Assembly: GCA_051362555.1 (NCBI GenBank)
Contig: CM120647.1
Coordinates: 17,274,651 to 17,338,650, forward strand
Reading direction: 5' to 3'
DNA length: 64,000 bases
Origin: Lingula anatina
Taxonomy: Eukaryota; Animalia; Brachiopoda
Shown here one piece after another: positions 36,453 to 50,300 of the stretch. Position 1 is the stretch's first letter, and each line of letters starts with the position of its first letter. The translations under genes and the position numbers were made by a program. The notes beneath the pieces are model-generated. The model saw only the letters and a list, made by a program, of their open reading frames with translations, did not search any database and was not told the DNA's origin.

Positions 36453-38913
36453 TTTAATTGTACCACCAGCGTTAGCGCTGGCGGTACACATGGTTTCGGT
36501 CCCATCCGGATCGTTCCGCCGGCTCCGTTGGCTCCGCCGGACGGCTACCGTTACCGCTTCTCCTCCTAGACGGTAAGGGCCCCCGTACCCATCTCATGGA
36601 TTTAGGTCACCTATAATCTCAACTCGTTCCACGTAAAATTTGGGCTTTGTCGGTATTGGGGTCTGGGTGTGGCACTCATTGCAATGCACCCTTGTCTAAA
36701 AATGGCAAAATTAAATGCTAATTATCTACCCTACGGAAGGAGTTATGGGAAAAATTTCTATAGACGGCTTTCCAAGATTCATATGTGTAGATTTCAAATA
36801 TACCCTTGGATTTGACCTTTGACCTCTACTTCAAGGTCAAATGGGCCAAAATTTTCAAAAAAATGAAATTTTTTACGAAAAAAATTTTTTTTTCCCTGTT
36901 ATTCAGACACCACACAGACTTAACCAATAATATTATTGGAAAGTGTTACCCTTCAGGTCATCTTTCATCTCCATGAATTTGGGGTCAATCGGTGCATTTT
37001 CACGGGAGTAGCGGCCATAAGATACCGAAACTGAAAACTGTCTCTAATTCGGGAACCGTTAAAGCTAGAGACCCATTCTTTTTTACATTTTGTAGAGCAT
37101 GTAAAGCCCAACACTGGAGGTGGTCTCGGTTTTTTTGTATTCCATACGGTTTTCGAGTTACGCTGTATCAAAAAGTACATATTGGTGGTAAAAGCAAAAT
37201 GTGCAGTACGGTAATGGATAATAAATTTTGAACTCTGGAAAAATAAAACATAAGGCTTGGCAAAGCAGACAACTTGTGTTCAAAAATGACATTATTTCAT
37301 CAAATTTGAACTTCTGAAACTTCAGAGCACCTCTTATTTCAAGAATTTTGACCAAAATGACATTTTCTTTATTTTAATTAATTTTTTCTGTACGAAATTT
37401 AAGGCACATTATGGTAACTCCAAAATTATAACATCTAGTCCCTTATATCTCCAAAACTGGCAGAGATAGGTCCATAGTTACTATTGAACTTGAATAGGAA
37501 GTCATATACTGGCAATCTTACTATGACCTTGAAATTGACCTTTGACCTACTTTTCACCATGAACTGAACTTTGCAAATTTTTCTTCCCTTTTATCTCCAA
37601 AACTGGCAGAGATAGGTCCATAGTTACTATTGAACTTGAATAGGAAGTCATATACTGGCAATCTAAATGTGACATTAAAATTGACCTTTGACCTACTTTT
37701 CACCATGAACTGAATTTTGCAAATTTTGCTTTCCTTTTATCTCCAAAACTGGCTGAGATAGGTCCGTAGTTACTACTGAACTTGAATAGGAAGTCATATA
37801 CTGGCAATCTAAATGTGACCTTAAAATTGACCTTTGACCTACTTTTCACCATAAACTGAACTTTGCAAAATTTGCTTCCCTTTTATCTCCAAAACTGGCA
37901 GAGATAGGTCCATAGTTACTATTGAACTTGAATAGGAAGTCATATACTGGCAATCTAAATGTGACCTTAAAATTGACCTTTGACCTACTTTTCACCATGA
38001 ACTGAACTTTGCAAATTTTTCTTCCCTTTTATCTCCAAAACTGGCAGAGATAGGTCCATAGTTACTATTGAAGTTGAATAGGAAGTCATATACTGGCAAT
38101 CTAAATGTGACCTTAAAATTGACCTTTGACCTACTTTACACCATGAACTGAATTTTGCAAATTTTGCTTTCCTTTTATCTCCAAAACTGGCTGAGATAGG
38201 TCCATAGTTACTATTGAACTTGAATAGGAAGTCATATACTGGCATTATAAATGTGACATTAAAATTGACCTTTGTCCTACTTTTCACCATAAACTGAACT
38301 TTGCAAATTTTGCTTCCCTTTTATCTCCAAAACTGGCAGAGATAGGTCCATAGTTACTATTGAACTTGAATAGAAAGTCATATACTGGCAATCTAAATGT
38401 GACCTTGAAATTGACCTTTGACCTACTTTTCACCATGAACTGAATTTTGCTTCCCTTTTATCTCCAAAACTGGCTGAGATAGGTCCATAGTTACTATTGA
38501 AGTTGAATAGGAAGTCCTATACTGGCAATCTAAGTGTGACCTTGAAATTGACCTTTGACCTACTTTTTATCATGAACTGAACTCTGCTAATTTCTTTCTC
38601 TTTTAACTTCAAACTTGACAGAGATAGGTCCATAGTTACTCTTGAACTTGAATAGGAAGTCATATACTGGCAATTTACTGTGACCTTGAAATTGACCCTT
38701 GACCTACCTTACGAAGAACTTAAATTTGATTGTACCATATATATTTTTTGCAATAGTTAAAAAATTCTTGTTGATTGCATTTTTACAGCTTGTCAAGCAA
38801 AAGACTGGTGGCTGTGTCCCTTATTTTGTGTATGTGGGAGTCTATACGAATGCGTTTGCTCCAGCTGGTGGTACAATATTTGGAGGCGGTATCGCCTCTC
38901 TGATCCTCTAGTT
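36453..38913 (+). mobile_element. Second Helentron-associated (HINE-like) element, a different family
   Basis: 5' subTIR ATTGTACCACCAGC (36457-70) with a local inverted copy GCTGGCGGTACA; short GC-rich repeats; 146-bp tandem core; 3' subTIR GCTGGTGGTACAAT (38864-77), hairpin GAGGCG-GTAT-CGCCTC, terminus CTAGTTTT. Confidence 0.8.
37440..38708 (+). repeat. 146-bp tandem repeat, ~8.7 copies
   Basis: CCAAAACTGG at 37451, 37597, 37743, 37889, 38035, 38181, 38327 and 38464 (one unit 9 bp shorter), plus a degenerate last copy. Confidence 0.95.
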
Positions 38914-39499
38914 TTGATATATGATCTTTTAATCAAGATTTAAAAAAAAAATTTCGAAAAATGATGAAAATGATGTTAAAAAGTGGGACAGTTATCTTTT
39001 CATTTTAATTTTGTTGAATGTTTCATTTGAGAATTTTCGTTTCTCTTTGTTCGTAACACCATTATATTGTGCCTTTTTTTTTTTTCTCCAATAAAAATCT
39101 TTCAAGTTACATTTGTCACACAATGATTGGATCTTTGGAGTCGGATATACAGAGTGCATCAAATGCCCTTTATTATTATTTTTACATAATTACATTCAGT
39201 TTTAATCTCAAAATAAGTTTTTAACCACAACTGTAGTTGAAATGATGTTTTAGACTACTTGCTCTTTGTCATGTTTTATGTACAACAAAGTGCCAACAAC
39301 AAACAATAAATGTCTAATATATTTTAGTAAACTGTGGACATCTTGTTTTACTTCCTGCAAAAACTTTATTTAAACAGTTAACTGATCTGAACAACTTGTG
39401 TATGATTTCTAACAAATTAAAAACGAGTAGGATGTTTTGGTCTAGAAGTGGATGTAACGGAAACGATGTACAATTATGGAATAAAACCGAAAAAGAATT

Positions 39500-39565
39500 T
39501 GCCGCGAGCCGGGATTGAACCAGCGACCTTCAGATCTCTGTACAATCTTGTGCTACACAAGCCGG

Positions 39566-39602
<37 letters not shown>
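39500..39602 (-). tRNA. tRNA-Phe (anticodon GAA) with a 30-nt intron at position 37/38
   Basis: 5' exon 39602-39566 GCCGCGATAGCTCAGTTGGGAGAGCGTCAGACTGAAG (37 nt); intron 39565-39536; 3' exon 39535-39500 ATCTGAAGGTCGCTGGTTCAATCCCGGCTCGCGGCA. Perfect acceptor stem; downstream TTTTT terminator. Confidence 0.92.
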
Positions 39603-41660
39603 TGCTGCAAACAAATGGTCTAAAGGTATAATAAGTACAAAAAGGCATAAGGTATGTTCAATTTACGTTATTGTACATTCTAATTTAGTCAGGAGTATAG
39701 TTTATATTGAATAATATTCGAATTTACTCTAAATGGTATAGTATTTTGTATACAGACCGCAAATCTCCCTTCTTAAATCAACAGCAGCCTCGTTTTCGAA
39801 ACCAACATGTAGGTTACGCCATGATCACAGCATGAATCAGTGCCATTGGTGCTACTTATTAGAAATCATATTTGAATTTCCCATCCTCAGGTGAGAAGCA
39901 TACCACCTAAAACTAAGCCATTTCTCCGAACGCACCTATGGTAGTGTTTCCCAAATTCAGGCCACGGACTGAAATCATCTTATATGGAGGAAAGGCGCGC
40001 ATTGGTCCGTCACATAGAATAACTGGACTAAAAGTGATTATCACGCCCACGACTGGCTAACGTTTACAGTGTACATGTATATTGCCAAGAAAATGTACAC
40101 AGTAAATTATAATGTAAAATTGTTCCTAAAGTAGACGACTTAGTGCAGTACGAATACAATTCACGCACTTCAATAAACAAAATTGTTTTTATTTTCGAAA
40201 TATATTCAGTACAATATAACATTGATAATTGTCAGCTTCAAGTTTTTAATGAAAATCAAAACGTTGACAAAACTGAAGAGGATTGATTATGGCCCCAGAC
40301 ATTAACCAGAAGATGTTTGTCAAAACAAATGACCTCGATCTTCTCCTACTTCTTCCATGAAAATAATATGATATAAAGTAGTACTATATTATTATAGTGG
40401 CTGTATAAAAGTGTAATAACACTGAAAAATAATGCCTAAATACATATTAGAAAAACTTAATTTTTCTGCCAATTTTAATAGAATTCATGTCCTCATACTT
40501 TATAAAATAAGGACAATATGAAGACTCGTAAGGTTCACTGCACTGAAGTTTTATTGTTTCTAATATTGAGCAATCTGTATGTTTTGGAGGGTTATTGATA
40601 CTTAATTTCATATACTATCGTTTCCCCGTCAAGATCTACACCTTGAAACTAATATCTGCAGATGAGGTAATATAAATCTTAACGTAAAAATCAAAGATGC
40701 CAGTATTTACTGTTTTATTATTAAAAGAAATGGTAATGATGTTACACATTTGATATAAGGGATCACCAGTGATGGTTCAAAAAGTTGGATACTGTAAGTG
40801 TTGGGGCTATATAAAATATACCATGTCCAGTAAAGACAGGTTTGCAGTTGAAGCAACTAAATGACCATGCATACAAAATATATGGTAAATTAATGCATTA
40901 ACAATTTGAAAGCATTCCCTTTTCATTTCAGCTCGTGATGATCAGTTAACAAATGTTCCTCTTAAAATTTCCACCCAACATCCAAATGATAAAAAAAAAT
41001 GATAAAAGAACTGAAAAGATAATCAAAGAGTAATACTGACTGAATATCAAAACTAAAAAGAAAAATGCACCAACAGTAAAAACATTGCACATTATAAGTC
41101 AACTCACAAGAATTATACAAGACAAAAAGCTGTTTCATCATTTGATATATATATGAAAAAAAAAAAAAAAAAACATGCAATTCTAAGTAATTCTCGGGGA
41201 AAAATTAAGAGAACCAACTTGAAATTAGTCACTACGTATATCCAAACTGCAATAATGGCAAATGTACCATCAGAATAGAGCCAAGTTAATTTAATAATTG
41301 AGGGATGGAGTCAAATTGTTTTAGCTGATAAATATAAGCAAGCAAGCACTTTAGACAAGTTCATATGGCTTTCTGTAGTAGTAGTTTTATCTATTACCCT
41401 GACAAATCAATTTCTCTGTGGTTTATAAAAGTTGACGGATCATTTCTGGTTAGTGAGAGCTTCCAGTAATGGATATGAATACACAAAATGATATGATAGA
41501 CATCTGTTAACCATACAACAAGCAAATTGTCAAAATAAAATATTTTTCTTAATACAAATAGTCTTTCAAATTGATATCTATCAATGGATTGCGATTGACA
41601 TGCCACAGTTACTTGTATAACAGTTTTCCTGTGTGTTTTGAACACTCAGAATTTAGGATT

Positions 41661-44314
41661 CTAGAAAAAAGAATCGGGAGAAAGTCTGCCCTGTTCCAGC
41701 GCCAGTTCACAACTACGTCTTCTATGACTACCAAGCCGCCCACTTTTCTCTGGTGACCTTTGACTATGATTCTCTTCTACGATATTGCATAAAGCGCCCT
41801 CTGGTGGTGACGGAATGTTCTTCTGTTGAGGGGAGTGACTTGCGGGGCGATCGCTCTCCACCTCTGTCAGGCATATGTTCGTGCCTCGGTTGCTCACATG
41901 AGAATCCACGCTCTCATATGAGGTCCCGCTGCTACGTGCGCTGCTCATTTTCTTAAAAAAGCTGGAGTGGTCGGTGGTAATCTCGAAGATTGTATCGCGA
42001 GGGCCAGTCTCATTTTCAACATCGAGACTGCCAATGCTGAGCTTCTCTGTACAGTCGTGGTACCGATCCCCACTGTTAGGGCGCCGAATTTTGCGACCCC
42101 GGCCCAAGTAGCGTCCCTCCTCGTCAACAAATTTGACACTTCGCCCAGATGTGGGTGAGCTTTGGGAGGATGAAAACTTGACGCTTCTTCCAGACAGAGG
42201 TGATCCGTGGCTATTTGCACTGCGGCCTGTTGTTTGATTGTTGCTATGATTACGCTGATGGTCTGAAGTTTCGTCCATAGGGGGCACTATGGTTGGGTTA
42301 CCATCTCGGTCCCTGCAAGATGCAAAAAGATAAAAGTTGTGTTAAGTACACACTAAAATGCGTTAGATATCATGATTATAGCAAAGCTTTTTTTTTTTGC
42401 TTTATTTATTCTTAACCTGCATTTCAATTATATGGCAGTTATGGGGGGATTCCAGTTACACAAGTATACCGTTACTTATTCACTCTGTTCCTCTCTTTAC
42501 TTTTCTCTTTTTAAACACTTTTTAAGTTCACTTTAACAAGTTGATAATATTTATTAGTCTAATTTGTGATGCCTTATGTTCATTATTTATTATATATATA
42601 TTTCCCACTTCAGCAGCTCTGTAGTTAGATACCTGATGGTAGTAATGGACCCAGCCAGAGCTTTCGTGCTGACATCGTCGCTGTAGATGTTGGATTTGTC
42701 GCTGAGACTGAAGTTGGCCGACTCACTGCTCAGACTGGCGCGCTTCTGGTAGCTGTGATTAGACGACACATCTACATGGACCTCCAGTCTGAAACAGTCC
42801 AGTGAACAGTATTAAATATATATGCATGTGCATGGCAGTGTGCAGGTGTAAAAAAAAACAAAAATGTTTACAATGTTAAGACTTATTTGTTTGAGATAGC
42901 AACAGGAAAACACCCCCCCCCCCCCTCCACACACACACACACACTGTGACATTCTGTATATTATCAAGTATGTATGACCATATGGTAAATGGATTCTTGA
43001 TGTTATCAATACTAACAATACCATTAAACATAATAACAGTTACTGGTCAAAGTCAAAAACATGTAGTTTACCAAGAATAAAACACACAGCAATATGGCAC
43101 TTATGCCTATTCCACAACCTCCCATGCTGAAACTACAATCAATGTAGGTCTCTCCTCACCTGTTGGAAAATCCACTGGGTCCCGCCACGGCGCTCCCCGA
43201 CAGACTCCCGTCCAGCAACACGGAGCCAGCCAGGGCACGGTTACTGGATGAGTCGCGGTCGCACTCCTGCTCGTCCCGGATCACCCCGGCCCTGTCAATG
43301 TGACTGCCACTGGCACTGAGACTGTTGGTCATCCCTACAGAGGCCTCTCCAATACTGGGGCCTATACTGGGGTTGGCAAGACTAGGGTGACCTGTGTCTA
43401 CACTCTGACTGTCTCCTGGGAATACAAAGATGATTTAGTGGTTAATATTCACCCTTCTGAGCCCCCACGCCCACCCCTACCCCTCATTCCCTGATTACTG
43501 CCTTATTCAAAGAAGATGAAACTGTCAACACATGAGTATGAGAGGGGCAAACACCTACTACATTGCTACAGGATCAGTGAGATGAAGACGCCTCCTAGGC
43601 CTGAACCACCAGGCATATCAATGGATTAACACACCAAAAACCTCTGCTTGGGAGGGTACTGGGGTTCTTAACTTTATGGACAACCGGTGAGGCAAACATG
43701 TTTTCGACTTGTGAAGATTCTTTTGTGTATAGCTACTTATATTTGTCTGATCTTACCATCCAATATTTCATCTGCTTGCAGTCAGACTTCGTCTTCAGAC
43801 AAAAGAATCTTCACAAGTCTATTACAATGCTAATGGAACTGTTCAACACTAAAACATGTTTTCATTTTGCTTTTTGATTTTTTTTCATTAAATAAACAGA
43901 CCCTCTCTTTATAGCTTTAGAAAGACAACATTAATATATCTCTACTGATATTTGACATCAACGCCCTTAAAAACAACTGCCATTTTGTTTGCAAATATTG
44001 TATCATAAAAATCCACCGTTCTACAGCTTACCAGCATAGGGTCCAGACACACCAACAGTCACCTCCTGGTCATCATCAAACTCGAAGCGGACCCCTCCGT
44101 CCCCCGTAGTAGACACCCCACACCCACCGCTACGACACAGGGAGATGGGGACCACCCCATACACATAGGCCAGCAGGATTGGAACGCCTATGCCTGGAAT
44201 GGACAATATATATATATCCAACTGTTTATTACCCTGATAATGCACTGATACTGGCCAGGTAGAAATGGTGTCAAGTTTTGTCCAGTTTTATGTATGTTTT
44301 AGACAAAAAAAAAA

Positions 44315-44351
<37 letters not shown>

Positions 44352-47300
44352 TAAGATTTTTACAACTACTTCATTTGGAGACATAATTCTGACAGCTGTG
44401 TCACTGATATTCCTACATTTGTTGATTTTGCTGATTACATGTGCATCTTACAGATAATTGAAAAGATACAGTCTTGCTACACTGTCATCTAAGTGCTTAT
44501 TTCTCAAGGACTGTAATGTATTAGACTTAATGAAATAAATGAGAGGGAGAGAGGGAGAGAGGAGGGGAAGGGTGAACTTACCCACTGCCAGACCAGCCAA
44601 TATAGGTGACAAAATGATGGAGGCAGACACCCCACCTGTCATTATCAAATTCCTCTTGTGTTTAGGAGCATGCTGGTATTTAGCATGGAGCTGAAAAAAT
44701 GAAATGTTCACAGTTAAGACAACCATCAGCCTTTAACACTGTGATCTCCCTCCAGGTCAATGCTGTGAGTGCTCTGGCAATGTACTGAATTCTTTACAGG
44801 TTGCTGACCCTTTGAAACACTGGGGTCCAAGAATCTACTGTCTCAACACAGATGGGAGGCCAACAATTACTTAATTAATATATTGTGAAATGGATCACCA
44901 AAATATCACTGCTTCTCAGTTAGAAAATTTCAAACCCTTCCTGAATAATTTATTAATTTCCCCACTTTCACTGTCTGACCTTAACTGTTTCTTATATAAC
45001 AAACCAACAAGCAAAAAAAAAAAAACTTCTTGACAAAGGTATTTTTAATTTTTTTTATTATTATTTACCTTTCTCCCGATCCACACAGGTATTCCTATGA
45101 TCATGGCGGGCACGGCTATCCCAGCCACAAGCCCTATCCCAACAGGTGCTCCCACCAATGTCCCCAGCTGCCACAGGATCTTCTTCTTACGGCTCCACGG
45201 CTTCTTGCCCCAAAATGTGCAGCCAGATGGACTGGATGGAAAAAGAGAATTTGTCAGCATTTTACTCGGACAGGATGAAAAACCAGAATTGTCAGCATTA
45301 TCTCAGACTGGATGGAAAATGAGAATTGTCAAAATTTACTGGCATTGTAAATGATTTACTGTTATATACAAAATGTGTAGACTGCCAGATGGATAAAACA
45401 TGAAAAATAAATGTCAAAAGAGTTGAAGATGGGTGGACGAGATGGGGGAAACATGTCAACATTCAATGGGCCTTTGGGTAATTTACTGAAGGTGCTGCTA
45501 GATGGATAAAAACAAAACATGGAAAAAAATGTCACCACTGGTGTTATGATAAAGGCAACTTATATAATGTGCAGCACCAAGGGAATAGATGGAATGGAAA
45601 TCGTAAAAATTACACCTGTTCTAGAAATGATTTAATTGCTTTGGCGACAGAAAAACAAACATAATTTTTCTTGGAAATTTTCCAATTAGTCAAAGGTTTG
45701 ACAGTAAGATCACATTTCCGCTTTCCCGTTATTAATGCTTAGCTCACATTTTGATGCCAGATGTTATTGATCCAGAGAGAATAAACAGTGAAATATAAGT
45801 TAGTTGGCTGGATAAATTGAGTTATCATGCAAATGTCACGATAATGTTTTTTCAATCAAACAAAAGTTTCATAGAAAGTTAACATAATCAAGAAAAAAAA
45901 AATAACCTTAAGCTGATAGCATATATAGCATTGCTTCATTACCCTGGGCTACTATTATTTCATCTCCAGTCAAAATGCCAGCACGCTAAATATTTTATCC
46001 GCATAAGTCTGTTAAACTTTCCAATTTAAGCCTGTGCTTTTTGACCATCAGAAGCCCATGGAAAATCTTGTTTCATGCTTTCTACCATGTGCGCGCACGC
46101 ACACACACACACACACACACACAAGCATACACACTCTCACCTCAGGTAGTGAAGGTCAGATATCTCCTTCATACAGAGCCAGCAGAACTCTGCGCCGCAC
46201 ACTGCGCACGTCATGTGATTGCACGATCCGTCGTCCATCTTGATGATGAAGGCACTGCACCGGGGGCATGGCTTGATGTCATCTGGAGAGCATTTAGAAT
46301 GTGTGTTATCAAATAAATATATTTTTATGTTCCATAAACTGCACATTTTATACATTCAATATACATTACACAGAAGTAAAATTGTTTGTTTATTATTTAT
46401 GTTATACTGATTGGGCCTACACAGGAAAGAACTATCATACAGTGATTGGCATGAAGTAATATTACTTCTAAAATATTATATTATGGTGTATTTTAATAAT
46501 ACTTTAATAATTTTAATAATATTTTTAAAAATACAGATGTCCAAAATTTTTCATTTTAAGATTATTTTTAAAAAATCAAGAAAACTGCCTAAAAAAAAAC
46601 GGGAAGAAAATCTTACTGTGCGAGGCGGAGTCATGGCTGTAGCTGACAGAGGATGACCTAATTAAGTGTGGCGATCTCTGTGCCCTGGCGGCATCACATG
46701 TCTGGTTGGGATGCCAGAACTGTTTGCAGTGGTAACAGAAGGAGGTATAACACCCTGGACGCTCGCACTTCAATTTGGGGCAGCTGGCGCACCCTGTTGC
46801 TATCACAGCGTAACTGGAATTTTTTTTTGAAAAATTAATAAATGTATGTTCAGAGGGACAATGAGACTGAAAATAAGCAAATCACTGCTTGAAAAATTGG
46901 ACTCAAGTCTCTGAAATAGATCGACATACTCTATTAGAGATACTTTTATTGGTAAATAAATAAATAAATAAATAAAACAGACATAACCTCAGAAAGCAAT
47001 ATCTTTTTTTGCATTGAAATCAATCTCCAAAAGAAAAGGCAAAACTATAACCTTACATTTATGATCCAGTTTAATTGCTACTATACATTCTTTCATGGAG
47101 AGTGCAGTAAAGCATTACAGTGATTCCAATAAGTAATGGCTTGTTTAATTACTAGTATAAAGATTAGGTCAAAATGAAACTACTAGAGTACAGTAGGGTC
47201 ACAATAAGCGAAAATCTGGCCGTGTTGTCAGAAAAAAGAAGCTTAATGGTTTCTATTTTTGTCCATTTTTTTTCTCCCTCTGGGCATGTTCATGATGTGA

Positions 47301-50300
47301 AATATTCTTTCAAGATCATGAAATGGAGTTACCGTATTATATTAAATTTTTTCAAATAAGTATTTAAAAGTACTTTCTGTAAAATAATATATATATGCAA
47401 GGCTGTGTCAATAAATCTAAATAAACTCTTCACTTTTACTACCAATTTGTTTTTATTGTGATCAGACAAACCTCATATTTTTCTTCTAAGAGTTTAAGCT
47501 ACCAACCACACACACACACACACACACGCACACACACTGAGCACCCAGAGGAATAGCATGATATTATGACACTCAGACTGCAACAACGGAGAAAACAGAA
47601 CTGATCAGGTTTCTTTTTTTCTTTCCAGAAGCTTGTCAAGGCTGACCTACAATTGTTATCCAGGATCTTCTCCATCTCTAACCACATACACATTATATTA
47701 AGACCCAGACGTGGGTGAAGAAAAACTGTGTGATGACTTTTGTGAACTTATCACTCTTGCAACTGCATGCAGAATTTCTTGTGCTTCCTCTGTCATTTAT
47801 ATGGCAGGACACATGAGACTGTTCATTTTATATAGCACGTGTACAAAATGGTTTTAATTAAGTATATTTTGTGAGGAACTAAAAACAACAAAAAAAAATC
47901 TTTAAAAAGTAAAATACTTGAATAAATGAGGAGTTTGGGCAGGAACACCAAAATTTCAAGTAATTATCACATAGCCTTTTTGTCTTCACATGTGGTTTTT
48001 CTTCAGAATATAAGAAATTTACGATGGCATAGGCTGTCTGACAAGTAAGATAATGATGTAACAGTAATGGAGATGAAGAACAATGCTGCTCTGGAATGGA
48101 GGTAGGATTTCCTACATTCCAGGTAAACATGTTGATTAATTTCCAAAGAAAACATCAGATCAAACCTGAATTTAACCATCCCTTCCCCTTTCATCAAACA
48201 ATTATTTTTTTTTTCCAAACAGTCACTCACGAAAGAATCTTCTTGTTAGAACAAGCACACAGTATTTTTCACACAATCAAATCCTAAAAAAAAAAAAAAA
48301 AAAATCCCCAGTGAAAAAAATACATTTTCTGGACAACGCAGTTCTCCGCCTCTGCTCAGGGGGTCACGTGGAGAAGTACTAGTAAATCTCACGTGCTGGA
48401 AAGTAAAGGTCTTTTAGAGGACAATTACTTTTTGTTGGCTCTAAGAATTGCCAAGGCAAGGAGGTTATGAAATGAATTGCCAAGGCAAGGAGGTTATGAA
48501 ATTATGTTCAATCACATTGTTGACTAGCAGTATTCCACATGAGGAAAAAAAATCCGGGCATATTTTGCCACAGGAATGACATATTTTACTAGTATTAGCT
48601 TGAAAAAGTAAGGAATGACGTATCACTTACTAGCACTGTATAAAGTAACAGTGTTTAAATTGCATAAAGTTTGACATCAGAGTTACTTCCCCCATTTGCG
48701 TCATTGAAAAAATGTTAAATAAATAAAGCATCATTGCTGGTAGTCTGCAGGACAAAACAGTTGGGTGTCATACCAAAGCCAACCCTTACTACTACTTCAT
48801 CTTAACAACTTAAGAGAAATCACTACACTGGACACAGGATGGGGGTCAGTGAAATCTCTCCCCCCCCCCCCCTCCTATCCCCTCCCTCCTTTCACATGCA
48901 GCTGAGTCTACCAATCTACTTGATATTCCTAAGCACCCAAGTCGCAATATCACATGCGTCATCAACTTTGCACGTCCCAGAAAGTGTGGAGCCAATTTGC
49001 ACAGGAAACAGCAGATGGCAACTGTGGTGTGTTAACAAATTAACCAGAAGAGGTAATTTTTACTTTTAATTTATATACATATTATGTATTTGACACTCAG
49101 ACTGGCTTTCCCCTGCCTCTGCAGATGTGATGGCTGTGATGACACTGAAATGGGGACTTTGATCAGTTGCCAACATTTATCCTTACGTTTTATTTTTATT
49201 ATAACTATAAAACTGTATCACAGTATGTCACCTATATTCCTTTTACTTTATTTTTAAAAAAATTAATATGGATATTTCTTCTGTACTTGCAACTTATGTA
49301 AAGATAAGAAAAGAATTATATCTCAAAAAATAAACAGAAAATAATTAAATAAATAAATAAGTAAATAACAAAAAGGTATGTGGGAGGAAGATTAAAATAA
49401 GATATATGGGCATTTTTATCATACTAGCATTTTATGTTTAAAAAAGGCAATGTATTTCAAAGGGAAGCATTTGTTTCTTCTTATGGTTTCTTTCCAAAAC
49501 ATTATCACCATGTCAGGCAAAATCACGTCCCCAAAGGTTTCCGCTATCAACACTTCAGACCCAGGTGGCCTCATCAGACGGAGACTTCTGTATAAGCTCT
49601 TAATTTTTACTTTGTTCCTCTCATCTCTGATTCTAAAAAGTGCGCCAAGGGCACTGTGATGACTTTTCTGTTTGCGGGTCTCCATTTCTTGGCACCAAAA
49701 CAAGGACATTCTGATAACAATTGCTGTCTAATGGACTTCTATTCAGGGCTTTTTCTTAGCAGGTCTGTGTATAAAGTACTGTTACAGAGCTATCAAGTCT
49801 CTCTCTCTCTCTCTCTCAATCTCTGAGTGAGTGTGTGTGTGTGTGTGTGTGTGTGGCACTGAAATTCTGTTTTTTTGTTCTATTACAAAAAATACCTACA
49901 GTATGCACTAGTTGTCAAATGTTGTGAGGAAGGGGTGGTGGAAGACTTAGGGACTGTTCACATGGAAAGTCTATTTTCTAAAAATCTATTTTCTATTCGC
50001 GGTATCTTGCAGGGAGTAACTGGCTCGCGCTGCCAGTAATAACGCCGCGGGGTATTCAGGGCACAGACGGTGAACACAAGATACCGCGAATAGAAAATAG
50101 ATTTTTAGAAAATAGACTTTCCATGTGAACGGTCCCTTAGAGCGCAATGTGCGACTTCTTAATGAAGAGGAAGGAACAAGCCACATAAGGTAACATGACA
50201 CTCAATTAACAGCAAAGCTGATTAAGGTTTATTGAGCAGTTCTGACTAAAAAAAGAATGCAATATCTTGAAGAATTCCCTTGACTACAGCTTACACAAGA

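Noticed and set aside
37440-38708. CRISPR-like array, or the ORF at 37985-38290
   Set aside because: Units are fully repeated with no unique spacers and no cas genes, in a eukaryotic context. The ORF is a by-product of the repeat.
48446-48502. Two-copy ~28-bp direct repeat GAATTGCCAAGGCAAGGAGGTTATGAAAT
   Set aside because: A simple local intronic duplication with no associated structure.
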